Shown here: piece after piece, positions 26,595-32,000 of the stretch | How positions within the stretch are numbered: position 1 is the stretch's first letter | Layout: every line of letters begins with the position of its first letter | NCBI RefSeq assembly: GCF_000015945.1 | Contig: NC_009033.1 | Coordinates: forward strand, 1,500,001-1,532,000 | Length of the DNA stretch: 32,000 nt | DNA from: Staphylothermus marinus F1 | GTDB taxonomy: Archaea > Thermoproteota > Thermoprotei_A > Sulfolobales > Desulfurococcaceae | Direction: 5' to 3' | Program-made: the position numbers and the translations under genes | Notes under the pieces: generated by a model | Told to the model about the DNA's origin: nothing | The model's database searches: none | Seen by the model: the letters and a program-made list of their open reading frames with translations, nothing else

Positions 26595-27290
26595 ATGCTA
26601 AGCATGGTGGGTGAGTGCTTAATGAATAGCCCCATACTAGTTGTTGAGAACATTGTTAAGGAGTATGGTGGCAAGGCTGTTCTCAAGGGAATAAGCTTCT
26701 CCCTAGGCAAGAGTGTTGTTTACAGCCTACTAGGACCAAACAGTGCTGGGAAAACAACGTTGCTAAACGTGTTATGTGGTATGGTTAAGCCTGAAACTGG
26801 CTCGGTAATAGTTAATGACATGCTTGATCTAGCTAAGCTACCAGACAATATGTTGGCAGTTCTTCGAAGAAACCAGTACTCGTATCTTCTCCAAGAAGAT
26901 ATTATGGTTGAACACTTCAATACCTATGACAACATAGTTCTCCCATTCATACTATATGGGAAACAACCCCCCAAAGACTTAGTTGATGAACTAGTTAAAA
27001 TATTCAATATCGAGAAACTACTAGATAAATACCCATCCGAGCTGAGTGGTGGGGAGAGGAGGAAGGTTAGCCTCATTAGAGCCCTAGTAAAAGCACATTA
27101 TTCATCAGTAGTATTGCTTGATGAGCCAACATCCAATCTCGACATAGAATCAACTAAGAAACTAATAGACATACTACCTAAGCTTTCAGAGAACAGAATA
27201 GTTGTTATAGCAACACATGACCAAGAACTAGCAAAACTACCAGCTAGAATAGTCGCGATGAGGAGTGGGCAAATAGAGAGGATCCATTAA
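26595..27290 (+). CDS. ABC transporter ATP-binding protein (LolD/MacB/FtsE-like)
   Basis: Walker A GPNSAGKTT, signature LSGGERRK, Walker B VLLDEPTSNLD, H-loop ATHD. The true start is probably ATG 26622 (MNSPILVVENIVKEYGG). Confidence 0.85.
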   Translation: MLSMVGECLMNSPILVVENIVKEYGGKAVLKGISFSLGKSVVYSLLGPNSAGKTTLLNVLCGMVKPETGSVIVNDMLDLAKLPDNMLAVLRRNQYSYLLQEDIMVEHFNTYDNIVLPFILYGKQPPKDLVDELVKIFNIEKLLDKYPSELSGGERRKVSLIRALVKAHYSSVVLLDEPTSNLDIESTKKLIDILPKLSENRIVVIATHDQELAKLPARIVAMRSGQIERIH

Positions 27291-27312
27291 TGAACCTATG
27301 TTTGTTCAAGTA

Positions 27313-27720
27313 TTAAGCTACATAGTATATTTTAACACCTAAGGCTTCAGCTATTTCTGCCTGTTTCGCATCACTTGTGAGGAGTTCGCCGTGTTTAATT
27401 GCACATGCTATGTATAATGAATCATATAATGTAATACTATGGTTTAACGCTATCTCTAATGCTTTACCCATATATTCTTCCTGGTTTTCAAGAAATATTA
27501 TCTCTTCATCCACAAGTCTGCGAAGTTGCTTGTAGAGAAGTATTGCTTGTTTCTTCGTAATCCTCTTATATATTACTGTATGTTTCCATATAGCATTAGC
27601 AACTTCTTTTAAAACATGGTCTAAGCTATAAACACCTTGTTCTAGGTATTTTTCTATGCTCAACCAGTTTCTCTCCTTCAACAAATACTTTGCTAAGGAT
27701 GATGCATCAATAACTATCAC
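27313..27720 (-). CDS. vapC: PIN-domain VapC toxin
   Basis: MIVIDASSL..., ...LYDSLYIACAIKHGELLTSDAKQ carries the PIN acidic residues. It overlaps the upstream antitoxin gene by 14 nt. Confidence 0.85.
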   Translation of the reverse strand: MIVIDASSLAKYLLKERNWLSIEKYLEQGVYSLDHVLKEVANAIWKHTVIYKRITKKQAILLYKQLRRLVDEEIIFLENQEEYMGKALEIALNHSITLYDSLYIACAIKHGELLTSDAKQAEIAEALGVKIYYVA

Positions 27721-27952
27721 GATCCTCCCTCACATACTTATCTGCCACTCCAACGGGTGTTTCAGGCAATTGCTCTATAATTCTTCTAACCTCTCTGAGA
27801 ACTCTTCTACGGCGAAGCTCTTTGATACGCATCTCTATAAATCTACGTATCTCCTCACTCCAGTTTATCTCATCTCTAAACTCATCCATTAATTTTTTAA
27901 GCTTACGCGGGACACGAATGCTTACAACCACACTCATAATCGTAAACACCAT
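27707..27952 (-). CDS. vapB: VapB-type antitoxin (RHH/CopG-like)
   Basis: 81 aa. The N-terminus VSIRVPRKLKKLMDEF is a beta-strand/helix pattern typical of RHH antitoxins. It overlaps the start of vapC. Confidence 0.7.
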   Translation of the reverse strand: MVFTIMSVVVSIRVPRKLKKLMDEFRDEINWSEEIRRFIEMRIKELRRRRVLREVRRIIEQLPETPVGVADKYVREDRDSY

Positions 27953-28126
27953 ATATAAACACTATATAAAAAATATATATTACACTATATAAAAGTGTTA
28001 GAATTACACTTCTTGACAAGCACCATAATACGCTCTTGACAGATAGTATATTAGCTCTTAAAAGAAGTTTTAACATCCATATTTAGATCCAGAAAATTAT
28101 TAATGTATCCTTGGAAGCAAAGTGTG

Positions 28127-28392
28127 TTTAGACTATTTGCTTATTTGGATACTATGGTTGTTTTGGAAACTGTGGAAACCATGATTGTTTTAATTATTGG
28201 GTTCACTTTATAAACCCCTCACTAATATAATGGTTAATGATTTGTGAAATGCAGATGAAGGGCTCATGGTGGTCTATGTGGAGCCCCGATAGCCCCCTCG
28301 ATGAAGGGATGAAAACCCGACACAAGAGGGGGAAGCCCGTGCAGATATCCAAAGTTTCCAAAACAACCAAAAGATAAAGCACGGGCAACCAC
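28127..28392 (+). mobile_element. MITE-like non-autonomous derivative of the IS200/IS605 element (left end plus right end/omegaRNA-like module)
   Basis: 28127-28197, tttagactatttgcttatttggatactatggttgttttggaaactgtggaaaccatgattgtttt, aligns with the IS left end at 11787 onward. 28251-28392 aligns with the tnpB 3' end and right end at 13009-13158. tnpB itself is absent. Confidence 0.65.
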
Positions 28393-28490
28393 TATGATGT
28401 ATGTGAGGGGTAAGCATGGATGCTAATACTTGGTTCATCCATACCATGATCGGATACAATATATTTTCTGAGCGGACATTAATGCTTTAT

Positions 28491-28914
28491 TCATAACCTG
28501 GTTTTTAAATATTCGATCTTTGCACGTATATCGCTTAGTTCTTGGTATGATTTAAATTTTAGCCTAGTAGCTAGTGCTGGTATTTTCTCAACCACAACTA
28601 TCCCTTCTAGTGCTCTAACCCTGAACCATGAGGGGGTGTAGTCGAGAACTCTTACATCAACAGGTATTTTAACAAGTTCTTCCAGTTCCTCAGATAATTG
28701 ATCCTCGTACTCTTGCACCCTACTATATGGTATCTTATAACCTGTAAACACAGCTACATCTATGTCTCGGAAAGACTCGTATTCGATAAATCCTCCATAA
28801 ATAACTGCTAAGAGAACCTCATCCCTCCTACTTAGAGCACCTGCTATTATCTTTGCTAACCTGGACCTCTCCCCCGATCAAGTCTGTGGAATTCAAATCT
28901 TTTCTTATCTTCAA
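28491..28914 (-). pseudogene. MNT nucleotidyltransferase with a frameshift in a C5/G5 run (28871-28875)
   Basis: The NTase motif AVIYGGFIEYESFRDIDVAV lies upstream of the only in-frame start (GTG 28751) and is preceded by a TGA. The N-terminus LKIRKDLNSTDLIGGE (TTG 28914, overlapping the HepT stop) is in another frame. The two frames join at the G5 run. Confidence 0.6.
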
Positions 28915-29270
28915 GGGTCCTTAGAGACATGACTTCTTACCTCTTCAATGAACTTCTCAATAATTTGTATACCATTACTTTTAGCTTCTAAATATATTTT
29001 CTCATCATCTACATTCCAATATCTATGTACTACCATGTTGCGTAGAAATGCTAACGACTTCATTCCCTTAGCAGTCTCTGAGCTAATAACGTTATTTCTG
29101 AGAAGTTTTTCAAACACATCTCTATAGGTCCTAGCTTCTTCGCCGAAACATTTTCTTAGCAGATAAAGTCCTAGATCTGCTGAGCTCTCAATAATCAACA
29201 CTATAGAATATCTCATTGAGAACCGTGATCTTCTACTAGTAATGAATGATCTAAAGTCCTCTCTGATCAA
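28911..29270 (-). CDS. hepT: HepT-type HEPN toxin (DUF86)
   Basis: The Rx4H motif is in LRNMVVHRYWNVD. 119 aa with a TTG start. Here HepT lies upstream of the MNT gene, the reverse of the other two pairs. Confidence 0.8.
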   Translation of the reverse strand: MIREDFRSFITSRRSRFSMRYSIVLIIESSADLGLYLLRKCFGEEARTYRDVFEKLLRNNVISSETAKGMKSLAFLRNMVVHRYWNVDDEKIYLEAKSNGIQIIEKFIEEVRSHVSKDP

Positions 29271-29314
29271 TTCTTTTCAGGATAGAAGAGGATCATGTAT
29301 ATGCACGATATGGT

Positions 29315-29617
29315 GTGTGGTGGAGGAGGGAGAAGCGTGTCCCTTACAACCTTATATCAGAGATCCGTGTTAGGGAGGGGACTCTTCAGCGGAGGCTTGG
29401 ACTAGTTAATTTAGATGTACATACTCCCGCACAGGGTACATTGAGGCCTCAAGTTACATTGTTCCAGTTGCCAAGGGATCCTGGTTTGGAGGAAGCGTCA
29501 GAACTACGTAGGAGGGTGGGTATTTTGTCGGCGCGTGAGAGGAGGATTATTGAGGAGGAGATACTTGAAGAGCTTAGGAGTATTAGGAGGTTGCTTGAGG
29601 AGAAGCTTCTACGTTGA
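29315..29617 (+). CDS. bacterial-PH (bPH_2/YdbT-like) domain fragment, N-terminally truncated
   Basis: RREKRVPYNLISEIRVREGTLQRRLGLVNLDVHT fits the bPH_2 pattern. Homology continues upstream of the GTG (FRIEEDHVYARYGVWW) to a stop at 29264-29266 with no start codon. The usual N-terminal TM helices are absent. Confidence 0.5.
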   Translation: MWWRREKRVPYNLISEIRVREGTLQRRLGLVNLDVHTPAQGTLRPQVTLFQLPRDPGLEEASELRRRVGILSARERRIIEEEILEELRSIRRLLEEKLLR

Positions 29618-29620
29618 CTT

Positions 29621-31093
29621 TTAGGAGAGTATTTTATGCATGTATGGACTGTTTGGTGGTCTATAGTATCCGTATTTTCGATAGTATTCTCTAACCCCTA
29701 TTCCTGATAGTATCAGCATTTTCTTAGCATCATATTCTTCTATAGCTATTCTCTCAGCTTCTCTCAGCAACTTCGCACCCCACCCTTTATGTTGCCATGA
29801 CTCACCATGTATTCCTACTGGTAGTTCTGGTCCGTAAACATGTAGTTCCCTAATGATCGCTGTTCTACTATCTATTTCTGGTCTATGTGCTTTCTCGCTT
29901 GGTATACGCATACGTAGGAATCCTATTATGATATCGTTCCTAGTATCCTCAACCGCTAAAAACTCCTCCACCCCACCACTTGCCTCATATGTTGTTCTAG
30001 TTATCTCTATATGTTTGGGATCGGGGTATCTACCGTATTTCCAAGCTTGTAATCCTACTTCTCTAAACCTGATCTCATTTATTTTGATTCCTTTCTCCAT
30101 GCATCTCTTCTCAACATATTCTCTGAGATTAGACTTCTTAGTTCCAGCCACAACTTCTGGTGCTGGTATGTCTCTCCTAATCCTCATTATCCTCACATAT
30201 TTCGGTATATACCTGTACATCTCCGATATGACTTCAACAGCTGTTTCATCATCATATGGCTTATACCATCCCTCTCTCCACCACTGGTATAGAACTGTTC
30301 CCTCAACAATTTCTGTAGGGTAAATCTTCAGCATGTCCGGTCTAAAATCTGGGTTTTCAAATATTTCCTTCATCATTTCAATATCTCTATCAGGATCGCT
30401 TCCCGGAAGTCCCAGCATTATATGGTATACTATTTTGAAACCTGCATCTTTCAATATCCTAGTAGACTTTATAGTCTCAGCAACACCATGCCCCCTATTA
30501 ACCTTTAATAAGACATCGTCATAGATGCTTTGAACACCTAGCTCAACACGTGTAGCACCATAGTATAGCATTTCATCAGCATGCTTCTCATATCCATAAT
30601 CAGGTCTAGTCTCAATTGTTAAACCAACACATCTATGGCGAGCTGTCTCATTTCTAAGCTGGGCCAATTCTAGATCCCATTTCCTAGGAGGATTCGGGTC
30701 AGGGTATCTGTTGAGTGCTTCAAATATCATTGTTATAAACCACTCCTTATACCTCTGCGGAGCCGCTAGAAAAGTTCCACCCATAACTATGACTTCAACC
30801 TTGCTAGGAATTTGTTTGAGATACTCGTATTGAAGCAGTCTATTCCAAACCTGCTTGTATGGGTGGAACTGGTTTCTACGAGCTCTCCTCAATGCTGGCT
30901 CGTTGCCGAAATAGCTTTTTGGAGCATTATATTGTGGTCCTCCGGGACAATAATAACAGTTGAAGGGGCATGGTATTGGATGAGTCATAACAGCAACTAC
31001 ACTAACACCACTAAGCATTCTCGAAGGCTTCCTAATCCTTTTCAGCCCTGTTTTGATACTGCTCAAACCTTTTCGCCACACAGGTTTCTCCAA
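29621..31093 (-). CDS. elp3: Elp3-type radical SAM/GNAT tRNA-modification enzyme
   Basis: The radical-SAM cluster motif CPFNCYYCPGG follows the SGVSVVAVMT block. The C-terminal GNAT motif is QHKGWGAKLLREAERIA. At 490 aa it is colinear with archaeal Elp3. Confidence 0.9.
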   Translation of the reverse strand: MEKPVWRKGLSSIKTGLKRIRKPSRMLSGVSVVAVMTHPIPCPFNCYYCPGGPQYNAPKSYFGNEPALRRARRNQFHPYKQVWNRLLQYEYLKQIPSKVEVIVMGGTFLAAPQRYKEWFITMIFEALNRYPDPNPPRKWDLELAQLRNETARHRCVGLTIETRPDYGYEKHADEMLYYGATRVELGVQSIYDDVLLKVNRGHGVAETIKSTRILKDAGFKIVYHIMLGLPGSDPDRDIEMMKEIFENPDFRPDMLKIYPTEIVEGTVLYQWWREGWYKPYDDETAVEVISEMYRYIPKYVRIMRIRRDIPAPEVVAGTKKSNLREYVEKRCMEKGIKINEIRFREVGLQAWKYGRYPDPKHIEITRTTYEASGGVEEFLAVEDTRNDIIIGFLRMRIPSEKAHRPEIDSRTAIIRELHVYGPELPVGIHGESWQHKGWGAKLLREAERIAIEEYDAKKMLILSGIGVREYYRKYGYYRPPNSPYMHKILS

Positions 31094-31172
31094 AAAATAC
31101 TATTGTGTTTTAAACAACTAATATATCTCAACCACTATAAGATCATATAGATATGGTGAACCAGTATTGGAT

Positions 31173-32000
31173 ATGTTGAGAGAAATACTATTGGATGCTG
31201 GATTAGAAATAATATGGTTTGATAGCTTAGGAGCAAAATCATCATGTATAGCCATACATGTTGATTGGAATAACTGTATCCTTATAGATCCTGGAGCAGC
31301 AGCTATGCAGCCAAGCTATCCATTGCCTAGAGAAGAAAAAATTATTCTTAGGAGAAAAGCTGTATATAGAATAAGATCCGTTGCTAGACGATGCTCAACA
31401 ATAATTATCACTCATTACCACTATGATCACCACATTCTCTTGAGCGATAGGGATTTAGAAAATGAGAACATATATGCTGGTAAAAAACTCTACATAAAGG
31501 ATCCTAACAAGTATATTAATTATAGTCAGTGGAGAAGATCCAGGTTATTCCTAGAACAAATCCTTAATACTCAAGGTCTTAGACTCGATGATTTCTATGT
31601 TAAGCCTTGGCAGAAAAAGTTTCCTGATCCAGTTGATGATCTAAGATATATTCATGAAAGAAACTATGGAGATTATATGGCTAGGAGGAGAGAACTATTA
31701 TTGAAGGGTAAGAAATGGTTTCATAAACTCGTTGATTACTGGAGAAAAAATCCATGGATACGAGATAACATTGTTTTACCAGATAATACTAGGATATTTC
31801 TCGGTGATGGACGAAAAGTGCAGATGGGAGGAGCATATGTTGAGATTTATCCTCCATGGTTTCACGGCGTAGAATATGATAAGACTGGATGGGTCACACC
31901 ATTATATATTGTGAATAGAGGCTACAAAATATTTTATACAAGCGACTTGATGGGTCCTATAATAGAGGACTACGCATATCACATAAGCGACCTATCACCA
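31173..32000 (+). CDS. MBL-fold metallo-hydrolase-like protein (partial, continues beyond the window)
   Basis: The frame is open from ATG 31173 to the window end (276 codons). It is not in the ORF track because it has no stop. ITHYHYDHH matches the HxHxDH metallo-beta-lactamase motif. Confidence 0.6.
   Translation, partial: MLREILLDAGLEIIWFDSLGAKSSCIAIHVDWNNCILIDPGAAAMQPSYPLPREEKIILRRKAVYRIRSVARRCSTIIITHYHYDHHILLSDRDLENENIYAGKKLYIKDPNKYINYSQWRRSRLFLEQILNTQGLRLDDFYVKPWQKKFPDPVDDLRYIHERNYGDYMARRRELLLKGKKWFHKLVDYWRKNPWIRDNIVLPDNTRIFLGDGRKVQMGGAYVEIYPPWFHGVEYDKTGWVTPLYIVNRGYKIFYTSDLMGPIIEDYAYHISDLSP

Noticed and set aside
25436-28392. Calling the MITE-flanked segment a composite transposon
   Set aside because: IS200/IS605 elements transpose as single-stranded peel-and-paste units with asymmetric ends and are not known to mobilise composite structures. 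Only the bracketing geometry is observed.
1-32000. CRISPR arrays, rRNA genes and tRNA genes
   Set aside because: I scanned for regularly spaced direct repeats and for GC-rich tRNA- or rRNA-like segments. The only multi-copy sequences are the IS/MITE modules, and the only GC island lacks tRNA and rRNA hallmarks.

Overview
This 32-kb window looks like an accessory region of an AT-rich archaeal genome. It resembles a hyperthermophilic crenarchaeote: three PaREP1-like paralogs, an Elp3 radical-SAM/GNAT gene, frequent TTG/GTG starts and tightly overlapping genes. All calls come from reading the sequence and ORF translations; no database search was possible.

Main content:
1. Toxin-antitoxin and HEPN-type loci are unusually dense. 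There are two intact MntA-HepT pairs, one classical HEPN-MNT pair, one HepT plus frameshifted MNT, one solo MNT, one HEPN pseudogene, one intact and one decayed VapBC, and three PaREP1-like genes (one with an in-frame stop).
2. A tnpB-only IS200/IS605-type element lies at about 11787-13158. Its 3' end and right end recur in two ~265-bp MITE-like derivatives (25436-25700 on the minus strand, 28127-28392 on the plus strand), and a short remnant sits at 2539-2600. Stems are conserved and loops vary, which fits a candidate omega/reRNA scaffold. The TnpB itself has no zinc-ribbon cysteines.
3. A 220-nt island at about 15944-16170 is 56% G+C and full of hairpins, set in ~38% GC surroundings. It is a candidate structured RNA of unknown class.
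4. Two sets of surface, membrane and ABC genes are present: 18164-21616 and 23212-27290.
5. Several loci are decayed: a polysaccharide-modification cluster (sulfotransferase and pyruvyl-transferase remnants beside an intact flippase) and a polar amino-acid ABC operon whose ATPase is 5'-truncated.
6. Housekeeping-like genes sit at the right edge (elp3 and a partial MBL-fold hydrolase), plus a PEBP/YbhB protein.

No rRNA genes, tRNA genes or CRISPR arrays were seen.
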